From NCBI GenBank assembly GCA_963789265.1, contig CAWBKB010000001.1, forward strand, positions 1,760,001-1,824,000: a DNA stretch of 64,000 nucleotides, written 5' to 3'. The notes beneath the pieces are model-generated. The model ran no database searches and was not told where the DNA came from. It saw nothing but the letters and a program-made list of their open reading frames with translations. This document shows, one piece after another, positions 40,378-51,854 of this stretch (positions within the stretch are counted from its first letter, which is position 1; every line of letters begins with the position of its first letter). Position numbers and translations under genes: made by a program. This DNA is from an uncultured delta proteobacterium. GTDB taxonomy: Bacteria > Desulfobacterota > Desulfomonilia > Desulfomonilales > Desulfomonilaceae.

Positions 40378-41835
40378 TCACATTTCGGCCGGGGATTTCT
40401 CGAAGCGACCGTAACGGAGTGCAAGGCTCGGTAACACGAGGAGATTCAGACCTGTTGAGGTAACCAGCCCACCGAGGATAACTATCGCCATCGGTCCTTC
40501 GATCTCACGTCCGGGAGCGCCGCTGCCGATTGCCATCGGGAGCAGCCCCAAGGCCGTAACGAGCGCGGTCATGAGAATGGGAGCAAGCCTCTCCAAAGCA
40601 CCTCTGGCATTGGCTTCTGCACCCCACTCCATGCCCTCCATTGATACCAGATATCCCCAGTGAGATATCAGCATGATGGAGTTGCGCAACGTGATACCGA
40701 AAAGAGTAATAAAGCCCACAGCCGAGCCAATCGAAAGAACCCCGCCGGAAGCGAAGACCGCCAGCACGCCTCCCACCAGCGCGAACGGCAGGTTCAAGAG
40801 CAACAGGATGAAGTTCGGAAAATTCCGGATAATCATTGCCAGAAGGATAATGATCCCTGCGCCGGCTAAAAACGAATGGAAAATAAGATCTCTTTCAGAC
40901 TTCGCCCGGGCTTCCGCGGTACCCGAGAATTCCAAATAAGTTCCCGGGGACAAACAGACCTCTGAGGTGATCTTTCTTTTTGCTTCAGCCGCGAACGAGC
41001 CGATGTTGGGTCCAGCCGCATTACAGGTCACAACCTGAACCCTTCGGGCTCCCTGGTGCAGAATTGCATAGCGTCCCGATGTTTCGTAGATATCGGCCAA
41101 CTGTCGAAGGTGAACGTACGTCCCGGCCATGTTGCGCAATGGAAGCGTTCCAAGCTGGGATGGCGTCCTCCTCTCCGCGGGGTCCAAGATAACCGAGACG
41201 TTAAAGATGCGGTTTCCCTCATATACCTGACCGACCACGTCCCCATTGTAAGCTGTGCGAACCGCGTCGAGAACACTTACCGGATCAAAGCCCCATCTCA
41301 CGAGATCGGATTTTCGCAAGCGAACAACTAGTTGAGGGGTCCCACGCCGCGATTGAATCATCACATCGGTTGCTCCGTGGACTTTCTTTAGCACGTCGGC
41401 CACCGTTTGTGCCGCTGCATCCAGCGCTTTGAGATCGTTTCCGAAAATATTGACCACAAAGGCCGCGGTATACCCGGAAATGGTCTCCTCAACCCGTTCC
41501 GACCAGAACGTATTCATAGAGAAGTCTACACCGACAAACTTTGAAAGCGCCTTTCGGATATCGGTTTGGGCCGCCTCGGCCTGGTCACCGGCAAGTGGGC
41601 GAAGATCCACCTCAAATTCGCTTTGATAAGCCCCCAACCAATCATCCCCTCTTTCGGCCCTTCCCGCCCGTTGGCCTACGGAACGCACGGAGGAGATTTT
41701 AAGGAGCGTCCGGGTAACTTCGTTGCCGAGTCGCATGGATTCGGCTATGGAAGTCCCCGGTGCAGCGGCCATGTGAAGTATGAAATGTCCTTCTTGCAAC
41801 TCCGGCAGGAATGCGCCTCCCATGAAATGGTTCGC
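40378..41835 (-). pseudogene. CusA/CzcA-type RND permease, C-terminal half only
   Basis: Starts at FLPELQEGHF; ERLAPILMTAL, PMAIVILGGL; N-terminal half missing. Confidence 0.8.
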
Positions 41836-42236
41836 TCCCCAAAGAGTTGGCGGCGACGTTCATAAATCTTTGAGGACTTGATGTAGCTCGCACCTGCACT
41901 TTCCAGTTGTGCCTTTGCTGCGGCATATCGATTGCGCAAACGGGAAAGAGTGTCGAAGGAAAGGGCTGTGCCGTATGCTTTGAATTTTTCTTGCCGAGTT
42001 GTAGATTCCAAGGCTGCGGACTCAATTCCGGTCGCCTTCTATTCCTCTTCACGAACTGTCAGGACAGTCTCTCCGCCCACTACGGACACTACGGCCGCGG
42101 ATCTGAAAGGGCGTTCACCTTCTTTCTCCAGTGACAATTCTTTGCGTCCCTGCATATAGGCCCGGACGAGCAGGGCTGCAACCCCTGCAACGACGATTAT
42201 GACCAATGCGATATTTAGCCATCGCTTGATAGTCAT
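41836..42236 (-). pseudogene. N-terminal fragment of an efflux membrane fusion protein (in-frame TAG 42039-42041, truncated)
   Basis: N-terminal TM, AYGTAL..AAKAQLESA coiled coil; abuts the RND fragment. Confidence 0.65.
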
Positions 42237-43678
42237 CTGTTGGCTCGCGTGTCTGGCCCCACTGGCCGGGCCAGCAACGTGTCAAAGGCTATTTCACTCT
42301 CCCACAACGACTGGATCGCATCGATGGCCTTCAGCCTCTTGTTAGCCAAGGTGTTCTCCATGTTCAGATAGACCACCGGGTCCATGTCATGGTCTGAGTA
42401 TGCCCGTCGCGCTTTCCTGACCATAGTTGCGAGAGTAGGAATGTATGCTTGTAATTGACGAAGCTGGACAATCAACAGCCTTTGCTTGGCCCAAAGCAAC
42501 CCCACGTCCTGATATGCCTTGTCGACGCGGGCCTGGTATTCCTGACGCAGTTGTTCCCGGGTGGCCTCCTGCACGGCTATTTTGCCTCGGTTGCGGTTGA
42601 AAAAGGGCAGAGTAAGTGTCGTTTGATGGCCTATCATGTGAACGTCAGTGTTATCCGAGGAAGGTATTACGCCAACGGTGAGAGCAGGAAATTGTCCGAG
42701 TACGGCCTTATGAACCTTCGCTTCTTGGCTTTCGTAGCCGGCTTTCAAAGCCATCAAGTCGGGGCGGCGCTGCGGCATTCCAATTAACGACTTATTCATG
42801 TCTTGTTCTTCAAGAACCTGTGGAGGCCCCGGGGGCAGTAGTCGCAGCATCGCGTCCGGCCATACGCCTAGTATCGCATTCAGTTCGTGCTGTGTTTGAT
42901 TGAGTTGCTGTTCCATGTCATTGACCAGAGTAGCCGAGTCAATCTTTGCTGTCAGGTCGGTGCCCGTCACGTCCAAAGTCAAATTACCTTTTCGTAGCGC
43001 GGCCGATGAATCGGCATACCGCCTTGCATATAAGCGCCGAATTCGTTTCAGCAACGCCAGCTTACGCTCCAAATAAATGCTTCTGATAAAAAGTATGCGA
43101 GCTTGCTGGGCCACCTGCCATTCTTGCCACAGAATATCGAGATCGACGTTGCGCACTGTTGCTGCGGCTTCGTCAATGGCTGCTCTACGGGTGACAAAGA
43201 AACCCAGATCGTAGTTGATGCCGTACTCATAAGCAGTGAATACATCGGGACGATCTACTGTAGGATAGTCTACCCTCACGGAAATTTCGGGGTTTGGTAA
43301 CAGCCGTGCATCAAACAGTTGGGCTCTCGCCACCCCGGCCTTTTGACGTGTTGCCCTCAGGTCAGGGTTGTTAACCACGGCGAATCCGGCGATTCCCGCC
43401 ATATCCAAGGGGTTTTCAGCGTTGAAAGGGTGTGCCTTGAGGGGGGGGCATGCGAACCGATCGGGACCTACGGACAATCGGAATGGGGGAGTCAAATTCG
43501 GTGTGGCGGACAGAGGCCGCGGTGTGTACCTGGCGCATCCGGTCAAAAGGATGCCGACACCCAACGAGATAAGGGCAAAGCGGATCCAGATTTTCCGCAA
43601 GCATCCACCCTCCATGACAACCAACCCAATTCTCATCGAAGCCCCTCCGAAAAGTTCCTCTCTCGTGGGGCGGAACAA
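42233..43678 (-). CDS. TolC family outer-membrane efflux lipoprotein (paralog 1)
   Basis: LLTGC lipobox, NNPDL, RRPDL, LPFFNRNRG; true start probably ~43600-43636. Confidence 0.88.
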   Translation of the reverse strand: MFRPTREELFGGASMRIGLVVMEGGCLRKIWIRFALISLGVGILLTGCARYTPRPLSATPNLTPPFRLSVGPDRFACPPLKAHPFNAENPLDMAGIAGFAVVNNPDLRATRQKAGVARAQLFDARLLPNPEISVRVDYPTVDRPDVFTAYEYGINYDLGFFVTRRAAIDEAAATVRNVDLDILWQEWQVAQQARILFIRSIYLERKLALLKRIRRLYARRYADSSAALRKGNLTLDVTGTDLTAKIDSATLVNDMEQQLNQTQHELNAILGVWPDAMLRLLPPGPPQVLEEQDMNKSLIGMPQRRPDLMALKAGYESQEAKVHKAVLGQFPALTVGVIPSSDNTDVHMIGHQTTLTLPFFNRNRGKIAVQEATREQLRQEYQARVDKAYQDVGLLWAKQRLLIVQLRQLQAYIPTLATMVRKARRAYSDHDMDPVVYLNMENTLANKRLKAIDAIQSLWESEIAFDTLLARPVGPDTRANR

Positions 43679-43820
43679 GAATCGGGGTCCCGCAGATTAC
43701 CGATTTCGAGTTCCAGGCGGCTAACCGGCAATTGTTACGAATGACCCAGTCCGACCGAAAAAATGATGAAGACTCTAGAATACCAAGGAGGCTTTTGACA
43801 ACCCGAAAATTCCAAGCCGG

Positions 43821-44019
43821 GTAATCATTCACTTACGAGGGGGAATTGTCGAACCCCTGTCATTGCGAGGAGTGCATGGTGGGACAGGCTTCCAGCCTGT
43901 CTATTGGGATGACGGGCAAGATGCCCATCCCACCGGCAATCTAAGCGCCGTTTGAAGGAAGAGATTGCTTCGCTTCGCTCGCAATGACAATCTTTCGCCG
44001 CGCGTAAATGAATGGATAC
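43821..44019. mobile_element. MITE family A copy 3 with GTGG-REP doublet cargo
   Basis: TIR GTAATCATTCACTTACG / CGTAAATGAATGGATAC; perfect 8-bp TSD CAAGCCGG (43813-43820, 44020-44027). Confidence 0.85.
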
Positions 44020-44228
44020 CAAGCCGGCAGAGGCAGATCGAGAGAAGAGGACTCCGGCCCTTGACGATCCTGGTCCAATGCCCTAGGTTGAAATATAGGA
44101 GATGAAATGGGGGGCGGTCCAGGCTACTCAGTGGCTTGAACCGAATAGCGAGTTCAAAATTGTTCGTAATCATGTTGCTAAACTTGCGGCATCGGAATTG
44201 ATCGTAAGGACCGAAAAGGGGGATCATC

Positions 44229-44702
44229 ATGAATTGTATTGTTGACGAATCTGCCAAACCTAGAGAATTCTTCTGCAAGACGGATATTCTCCTCCCCGGT
44301 AATCTTGTTCGCAAGTGCTTGATTGCAATTGCTTTAAGCTGTCTCGCAGTCGCCGTAGTTTGCGCTACTGCTCATGCCCAGGCCCCGAACCCCTTCAATA
44401 CCGCCGCGGAACATGCCCAAAAGGCCGTCGATGCAAAGGATCTGGCCCAAATTCATCTTCACCTGCATCACGTGCTGAATTGTCTGGAAGGCTCCAGAGG
44501 GCGTGACTACAAGAATGTCGCGGACAATCCGTGTAGCGGCAAAGGTGCGTTACAGACTCTACCCAAGCATTCGGCGGACCTTGTCAGGGCAGAGAAAGCC
44601 ATTGCCATCGCCCGTGTGGCAGTGACGTTGCACGATACGGCACCGGCCCATTACGCAGCGAAGGCGGTTCATGCCATTCTCACCGAAGGCAAGCAAAAGT
44701 AG
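44229..44702 (+). CDS. Secreted His-rich helical protein
   Basis: Signal peptide ending AHA; HAQKA..HLHLHHVLNCLEG..NPC. Confidence 0.7.
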   Translation: MNCIVDESAKPREFFCKTDILLPGNLVRKCLIAIALSCLAVAVVCATAHAQAPNPFNTAAEHAQKAVDAKDLAQIHLHLHHVLNCLEGSRGRDYKNVADNPCSGKGALQTLPKHSADLVRAEKAIAIARVAVTLHDTAPAHYAAKAVHAILTEGKQK

Positions 44703-44871
44703 AGGAGAATTGATCGCTGGCAAGCGTACCACGTCACCACGCCATGTGCTTTGCCGGCGCAGATCTGACTTCCATGCTGGACCATGCCCCACACGGCGAA
44801 GATCTGCTGGAGCGATTTCCGGTGGAAGGAACCCTGGCGACAGATTGCCATTGTAGTGAGGATGTCTTGCT

Positions 44872-45411
44872 ATGAAAAGTTCATCTCATTCGAGAAATCA
44901 GCATGAGAGCCGAACACGCTGGGTGGCGCTTCTTTTCAGCGTGTTCGTTTTCTCAATGGCAGTGGTTTCATGCCTTATTCTTTTGGTCACGCACAGTGCG
45001 CGGTCCCAGACCCAAGTACCAACTACGATGAGTGCCCCGCCTCGCGTGGATCACATACTTTTGACCGTGTCGGACATGAGGGCATCTGTAGCCTTTTATC
45101 GCGATATGATTGGATTGCGGGCCAAATCTCTGGGCTCAAGTTTCACCATTCTCGAAGCGGAAAACCTCGGTATTTACCTGATAAATTCTCACAGGCCCTG
45201 GGAGCCGAAACCAGGCAAAGGGGAACATCTCGGGTTAGGAATTTACCCCCATTTCGAAGTTGCCAACGTAAAGGCTCTTGTGGACCGGCTGAAGAAGGCT
45301 GGTTACAAGATCGTGCAAGAAGCGGAAGTACATGATTGGGGCACTGAAGCGTTTGTCGCGGATCCGGACGGGTACACGTGGGCGCTATTCAGTTGGCGAA
45401 AAAAGCAATAA
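44872..45411 (+). CDS. VOC/glyoxalase family protein with N-terminal TM/signal
   Basis: DHILLTVSDM..FYRD..HFEV..WGTEAFVADPDG. Confidence 0.85.
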   Translation: MKSSSHSRNQHESRTRWVALLFSVFVFSMAVVSCLILLVTHSARSQTQVPTTMSAPPRVDHILLTVSDMRASVAFYRDMIGLRAKSLGSSFTILEAENLGIYLINSHRPWEPKPGKGEHLGLGIYPHFEVANVKALVDRLKKAGYKIVQEAEVHDWGTEAFVADPDGYTWALFSWRKKQ

Positions 45412-45470
45412 TCGCAGCACTTTCAAACGAGTCAGACCCCACCCGTCCGGCGGGCAATCGAAACTCTCTC

Positions 45471-45670
45471 AAACCAGTGCGCCATCAAACAAGTGACAAT
45501 CCCCGCGAGGACAAGGTGGGGCATCCCGCGCGGAACGCGGGACCGCCCAGGGCGAATGCCATTCGCCCCTACAGATGCCAGCGTACGCGGGCATGACGAC
45601 ATGTAGGGGCGGGTTTGAAACCCGCCCCTGCCAGAAACACAGTTTCACTTGTTTGAAAATGAATCGTTTT
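45471..45670 (+). mobile_element. MITE family B copy 3 (intron-free)
   Basis: ACCAGTGCGCCATCAAACAAGTGACA..TCACTTGTTTGAAAATGAATCG; REP hairpins with intact CCCCTAC at 45566-45572. Confidence 0.75.
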
Positions 45671-45725
45671 TGGTTCTCGCAAGCCTTATGTCATACGAAA
45701 TCCGGGCCGCCATCTTCGATGGATA

Positions 45726-47444
45726 CTAGAAAGTGAAATTCATGGTGAACTGGCCCCCGAAGATCGGGTCTATGGTTTTGGCGGGACGCGTACCCCAATT
45801 GTTCCCGGCACTTGGAACGTTCCATTCAGGAACCGACCGATCAATGCAAGCATAACTAAACCACCTGCCCGGCTGCCAATAGGCCGCGAGGAAACCGACG
45901 GTAAATCCATCCAAGATCTGCCAATCTACGCCCGTGGTGACTTCCCACCCCAGGGACCGGTCCGGAATATTCGGGGCACCGGCTGCGCCATTGAGGGCAA
46001 ACTGGATATTTCCGTCATTTCCGATCCGGTTCGTAAACTGGGGTGGCATATTGATGTCATTGGGGCTTATGCAGGCCCAGCCATATCCGTTAGAGGTTCT
46101 CTCCGCCCAAAAAAACGTTCCGTACCAATTCAAGTTGGCGGCGACTGCGTAGTCGAGACGGCTCGCAAGCACCCAAGCATCTCGCAAATATCCGTCTAGA
46201 GAGAGGTTGTAGGCATTGAAGCCTGCACCATAATTGTATGTGAAAAGAAAGGTGTACGGCCGAAACACATCATAGTTGCCGAGAAAGGTGTCGAAAGTGG
46301 GGTGCCACACGAATGCGGCAGATTGCCGCCCTATTAACTGACTATTTCTCCTGTCCGGCCCGGGCGACCACGCCGAAAGCACTGTGAGCCGACCGGGGCC
46401 TGCCATAACACCCGTTTCGGCCATATAGCGCCACTGTTCGGTATCTCTTTGGGTGGGCAGCGGAGCGGTTGGCACGCCTACGCCGAGTAGCGCGGGGCCG
46501 GTCAACCGATCGCTCCAATAGAGCCACGCGGCTTCGCCATTGAAGAAGAATCTACCGTTGTTGTATTTCGTGAAAGTCGTCCCGTGAAAATAAAAAGAAT
46601 CCTGTGCCAACACCGGAACCGATGGGGGGATCGGCAAACCGGTCGGGTTGACCAACCGCCCTTCGGGACCTATGCGATACGCTCCGTATGCTGCCAAAGT
46701 CCCAACCTGAATGGGTCCGTTATTATAGACCACGAACGTTTCCACATCCCTCATGATCACGCCGCTCTTGTCCGCGGAGTCGTAATACGCCTTTACCACG
46801 AGGTCGTAGGGATCGACCGTGATTGTCTGCCCTGCCGTGGCGGCCCGATGGGGATAGAAAGCGATCCCGAGGTCGAAAGGTCCGAAAGGAGCGTTCAATA
46901 TAAGTGACTCGGTGGAGAGACCGTCAGACCCGTCGTACTGCAAGCCTGTGCCGAATTTCCAGGCTCTCTTCCCAATACCAATGGTTCCCCAGGGCAATGT
47001 TACAGTGGCCCAGAACAAGGTCCACTGGGCTTCACTCATAGCGTTGTCGGCGCCGGGGGCGTTTTCAGTAAAGTAAAGGCTGGCCACAGGGACGTTCCAA
47101 AAGCCCAGACGAAGCCTTCCTTGGAGTCTTACCGCAGGGTTAATCTTTATGACGGGTTCCATGGTGACGTAGAAATATGAAGCATTCGCGTCGTGGCCGG
47201 TGACAGTATTCTGCGCAACCACTGGACCGCTCCACCAGTAGTTGAGGTTCGCCGTCGACGTGTTCAAGCCGTTATCGACATTGTAAGGACCGAAAAAACC
47301 TTGATTTCCCGTTTGGTTGGCAAACTGGAATGTCCAGTACATTCCACCGGTCATCCCAATTTCCCAGGCGAAAGCCGGGGCTGCAAGCAGAGGGATGACA
47401 AGGAGACATACCCATATCACGGACAACTTCCCGATTTTGCTCAT
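45726..47444 (-). CDS. Outer-membrane beta-barrel/porin-like protein (paralog 2)
   Basis: Signal peptide AFA-WEI; shares GFFGPYNVDNG, KYNNGRFFFN, EQWRYM, WAERTSNGY, YACIDRSV with 3918-5657; C-terminal Phe. Confidence 0.75.
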   Translation of the reverse strand: MSKIGKLSVIWVCLLVIPLLAAPAFAWEIGMTGGMYWTFQFANQTGNQGFFGPYNVDNGLNTSTANLNYWWSGPVVAQNTVTGHDANASYFYVTMEPVIKINPAVRLQGRLRLGFWNVPVASLYFTENAPGADNAMSEAQWTLFWATVTLPWGTIGIGKRAWKFGTGLQYDGSDGLSTESLILNAPFGPFDLGIAFYPHRAATAGQTITVDPYDLVVKAYYDSADKSGVIMRDVETFVVYNNGPIQVGTLAAYGAYRIGPEGRLVNPTGLPIPPSVPVLAQDSFYFHGTTFTKYNNGRFFFNGEAAWLYWSDRLTGPALLGVGVPTAPLPTQRDTEQWRYMAETGVMAGPGRLTVLSAWSPGPDRRNSQLIGRQSAAFVWHPTFDTFLGNYDVFRPYTFLFTYNYGAGFNAYNLSLDGYLRDAWVLASRLDYAVAANLNWYGTFFWAERTSNGYGWACISPNDINMPPQFTNRIGNDGNIQFALNGAAGAPNIPDRSLGWEVTTGVDWQILDGFTVGFLAAYWQPGRWFSYACIDRSVPEWNVPSAGNNWGTRPAKTIDPIFGGQFTMNFTF

Positions 47445-47720
47445 GTTGCCCCCTGCCCCTCGACTGCTTTCCGAACAATGGAAAATATTTGAGCTTCAAC
47501 CATGCCTTATGCGGCAATCTTTGGTCAAGACTAAATGATGCTTCCAGTGCTTTGCTAATATTGTTCTAACAGTAAATGCGGCCGTTGAGCCGGACAAAAC
47601 GGCGAATCCCCGCCAGTGCTCAAGCGATGAAGAATTGCTAGAATAAATGTGTGCAGATTCTAGTACCAACGGGTAGGAGTCAATTTCCGCTTAGTATCTT
47701 TTTTACATTGAAGCAATGCG

Positions 47721-50700
47721 CTATAGCGGTTCTTCGTCCTGCCTTCCGAAACTGGTCCCGGCTCGATCCAAAATCCGGCGGAAGAATACAGGCATGACAA
47801 TCAGAACCAACGGCATCTGTATTACCAAGCCGGAAATAATTGCAATGGCAAGAGGTTGCTGCATTGCAGCACCTTGACCTAATCCCAGAGCCAAAGGAAG
47901 AAGAGCCATGATTGCTGCGAGGGTTGTCATGGCAATAGGTCGCATGCGATTTAGGCCGGCTTCCACCAGAGCCTGGTCTGGAGCTACTCCGGTCATTCGT
48001 AAATCCTGGTACTCCGAAAAGTAGAAAATAGCCACCTCGGTTACAATGCCTACCACCATGGTCATGCCCATCATGGATGTGATGTTGAGTTCCGTACCGG
48101 TGACCCAGAGCCCTAATAATACTGCCGAAATAGCCAACAGCGGCATTCCCAGAATCGCCACTGCTACACGAAACCGTTCGTAAAGAAAAAGCAACAACAA
48201 AAAGACCAAAGCCACCGCTCCGGCGAACACTGCAATCAAACCTCTGAAGGCGATCCTCTGCTGCCTGTACAGCCCTCCAAGCTCGTAGTACATGCCGGGA
48301 GGAACCAGAACCCGCTTTAGACAGTATTCGCTGCACATCCCTCACGGTAGACCCCATGTCTCGCCCACTGATGCGAGCGGTTACCGCAATCATTCGTTTG
48401 AGGTTGTCTCGAGTGATCTCCGGCTGCCCGGTCACCATTCGCACTTTGGCGACACGCTTGAGCGGGAACCAATGACCGTGAGGTGATTGAAACCACAGTT
48501 CGGGAATATTGTCTGTCGTGGCTCTAACGTCTTTCGGTATCCACACGCGGATACCGATGAATTTCTCACCCTGCTGTACCTGAGTTGCCACATCTCCGGT
48601 GAAGTAAGAGCGGAGCTGTCTTGTAATTGCTTCAGGATCGATGCCTTCCAGCGCAGCCCGATCACGGTCTATCTGAATCTCTAGCGCATCCCCCGCCAGT
48701 TTGATGCCGTTCTTTATTTCCACAACTCCCGGAACATTGGCGATTGCCTGCGCAATTTTAGGAGCGGTATTCATAAGCATTTTCGGGTCGTCTCCGTAGA
48801 GTTTGATCTCAATGGGCTGGGGTACGGCGGTGAGATCGCCGATCAAGTCTTCCATGAGTTGTGCCATTTCGATCTTCAGTCCTGGAACCCGCTGCTCGAT
48901 TTGTCGTCGCACGGCGTCCATAATTTCGTACACGGTACGTCGAGGCGGAGGTTTGAGTCGCACAAATAAGTCACCCTGATTCGCTTCGGTCAATCCTCCG
49001 CCAAGTTGTGTCCCGGTTCGACGAGAGTATGACGCCACCTCGGGGTTTGCACTCAGGATAGCCTCTATCTGGCGACACAGTCGATCCGTTTCCTTTAGAG
49101 ACGTACCGGGAACTGCCAGGTAGTCAATTACAAAACTTCCCTCATCCATAGCAGGCATAAAGCCGGATCCCACCTCGTGATATCCGAGGTAACCGCCTGC
49201 AATCAGAGGAATTAGACCGATCACCAGGAGCCACGGACGGCGCAAAACCACTGCGAGTACAGCCCGGTAACCCCTTTGAAAAAGGCGGGTCAGCGGTCCT
49301 ACGTCCTCTATTTCTGTGTCTTTTTGGCTAATTATGTGGGCGGCCAGAATCGGAATGCCGAACCAAGCCACAAAAAATGAGATGACCAGAGCACACCCCA
49401 TTGTCAACGACAGCGGCTTGAAGAATGCTCCCGTTACACCCCCCAGGAAGGCCAGCGGCAAGAAAATGACGACCGTTGAAGAAGATGAGCCTACCAGGGG
49501 AAAAGTGAACTCGCGTGCCGCCTGTCTAACCACCCCCGGGTGGCCCGAATCCCCGCCCCTTAGGCACCGGACAATATGCTCGATCATGACGATGGCATCG
49601 TCCAAAATCAGTCCTACCGCCGCTGCCATGCCACCCAAGGTCATAATATTGAAGCTCATGTCCAGCATGTAGAGCAACAAAATGGTAATCGCCAGGACTG
49701 TAGGAACCGTCACCATTGCCAGCAAGGTTACCTTCAAGTTGCGAAGAATCATTAGAATGATGAGAGCGGCTAGAGCTACGCCGATTAAAATCGTGTCCCG
49801 CACGCTTGCCGCGGACTCCGTGATAAGCAGGCTCTGGTCGTACCAGTTGCTAATCTTAACGCCTGCCGGGATTTTATGCTGAAACGCGGCCAGCTTTGAT
49901 TTTACGTCGCGCATGATCTGAACCGTATTGCCTGTCGGCTGCTGGTACACCTGCAGTAACACTGCATCACGCCCATTGGCGGTCACTCTTTGCCATTGGG
50001 GAACGGTAGCTAGTTTGACGGTAGCGACATCCTCCAATTGCACCAAACCGTTAGCGCCACTTCTCAAGATTGTCCGCCGAACTTGTTCCAAGTTCCTGAG
50101 ACGAGCATCGGACAGAATTAGAAATAACTTGTAATGATCTTCCAGACGTCCGACTGCTTGCAGAAACGTTGGTTGCGGACAAAGCCTGCACTACATCCTG
50201 AACCTTAAGCCCATAAGCTTTCAATCGCGGTAAATCTACCGTTACTCGATATTCGGCCAGTTGCCCGCCCAACACGCTGACTCGAGCCACACCATTTATC
50301 GCTGACAACAGAGGGAGTAATTGATATTGAGCAAAGTCATGCAGTTGGACCAGAGTATGGTTGGTGGAGATAAGGCTGTAAGCACCCACAGGAAAACTGT
50401 GGGGTCCATCCGTTTTGCTAGAAATGTGGTCCCTGGGGGCAGCTTAGGCAAAACCCGGTTAATGGCTGATTCAACCTGGAGAAGAGCAACTGGCATGTCT
50501 AATCCCCAGGTAAAATTGAGGGAAAGCTCCGCGCTGCCTCGGCTGGTAGTGGAACGTATGCTTCGCAAGCCAATGACCGATCGAACAGCCTGCTCCACGG
50601 GCATGGTCACGGATATAACCATTTGGTCGGCGGGACGGTCTCCGGAATCGATGGTGACAACGATGCGGGGGAAATTGACGTGCGGAAACAACGATACCGG

Positions 50701-50796
50701 CAGCAGCAAGGCGGTCGCAGCCCCACTTGCTGAAAGAACCAGCAGCAAGAATACGATCGAGCGGCGGTGTGCGGAAGCCCAATTTACGAAGCTCAT
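47721..50796 (-). CDS. RND efflux permease (AcrB/CzcA family) with three apparent frameshifts (~50390, ~50165, ~48315)
   Basis: LFPHVNFPRI, GLILDDAIVMIE, RMRPIAMTT, QQPLAIAIISG spread over four overlapping ORFs. Confidence 0.85.
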
Positions 50797-51842
50797 GGGG
50801 TCTCCCTTCGCACCGCCATACCATCACTTAATTCGTAGTTTCCCAGCACCACCACTTGGTCCCCCGCTTTAAGGGGACCGCTTATAGCAATCATCCCTGC
50901 TTCTTGCCGGCCTGTCTTCACCGGCACCTTATGGGCTCGGTTCCCGCTGACGATAAAAACCCAGGAACCATGCCCGTCCCTCATCACAGCGCTTCTGGGA
51001 ACCCCGAGGGACTCAATTCGGGAGAGCGTGATGACCCCTTTCATCGTTAAACCCAACGGGAATTCGGCATTTGCAGGCAATTTCACCCGGACCAACACGT
51101 CAATCAACCGGGTGGCAGGATTAATCATTGCGTGAACCTCACTCACCTGACTGTTGAGAGTGGTTCCGGGCTGAAAAACAGGGCTGATCGAAACAGGCAT
51201 TCCCGGCCGTACGTTAACGGCATCCTCAGGTTCCACTCCCAGCGGGACTATCAAGGAATCCCGGCGAGCCAGCAATACGACGTTGGAACCCGCCTGGATC
51301 AGGTCGCCCTGACTTACGCTTATCTTCGTAACGACTCCGGCGAAAGGTGCATTTACCGTCTCGCTTGCTTGTCCGGTTCCAAGTTTCTGTTGCTCTCGAA
51401 CCTGGGCATCTGCATCTGCAAGATTTTTGCGTGCGATTGCTACCTGGTCCTTGGTGGTCAACTGGTTTCGGAAAAGATCCTCTTCGCGGCGCAGATTGCT
51501 ACGCGCGTAATCCAATGCGGCTTGCGTCTGCTGAAATTGCACGCTGGCGGTCGGCGAAGTATAAAACTCCAGCAGTGGCGCACCACTCTCAATAAGCTGA
51601 CCGGATCTTACCCAAACTTTGGCGATGATCCCGGAGCGAGGCAAGTTGATGCTTGTCACGGAAACAGGATCGGGCCGGGTGCTGCCGTAGGCAGTCAGCG
51701 TCTTGGTGAATGTCCTCGACTGAATTGGGGACGTCTCCACCTGTACACTTGGTTCAGCTCCCACCGACGGAATGGTGAATGAAAAGAGAATAGTCGCTAT
51801 GCTCAAGGACCGGCCGATGTACCTGAAGACCGCCATCGGCAA
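50793..51842 (-). CDS. RND periplasmic adaptor (MFP)
   Basis: APFAGVV, GDLIQAG, INPATR, VPRSAV, GDQVV. Confidence 0.88.
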   Translation of the reverse strand: MPMAVFRYIGRSLSIATILFSFTIPSVGAEPSVQVETSPIQSRTFTKTLTAYGSTRPDPVSVTSINLPRSGIIAKVWVRSGQLIESGAPLLEFYTSPTASVQFQQTQAALDYARSNLRREEDLFRNQLTTKDQVAIARKNLADADAQVREQQKLGTGQASETVNAPFAGVVTKISVSQGDLIQAGSNVVLLARRDSLIVPLGVEPEDAVNVRPGMPVSISPVFQPGTTLNSQVSEVHAMINPATRLIDVLVRVKLPANAEFPLGLTMKGVITLSRIESLGVPRSAVMRDGHGSWVFIVSGNRAHKVPVKTGRQEAGMIAISGPLKAGDQVVVLGNYELSDGMAVRRETP

Positions 51843-51854
51843 ACCTCCTGTTCC

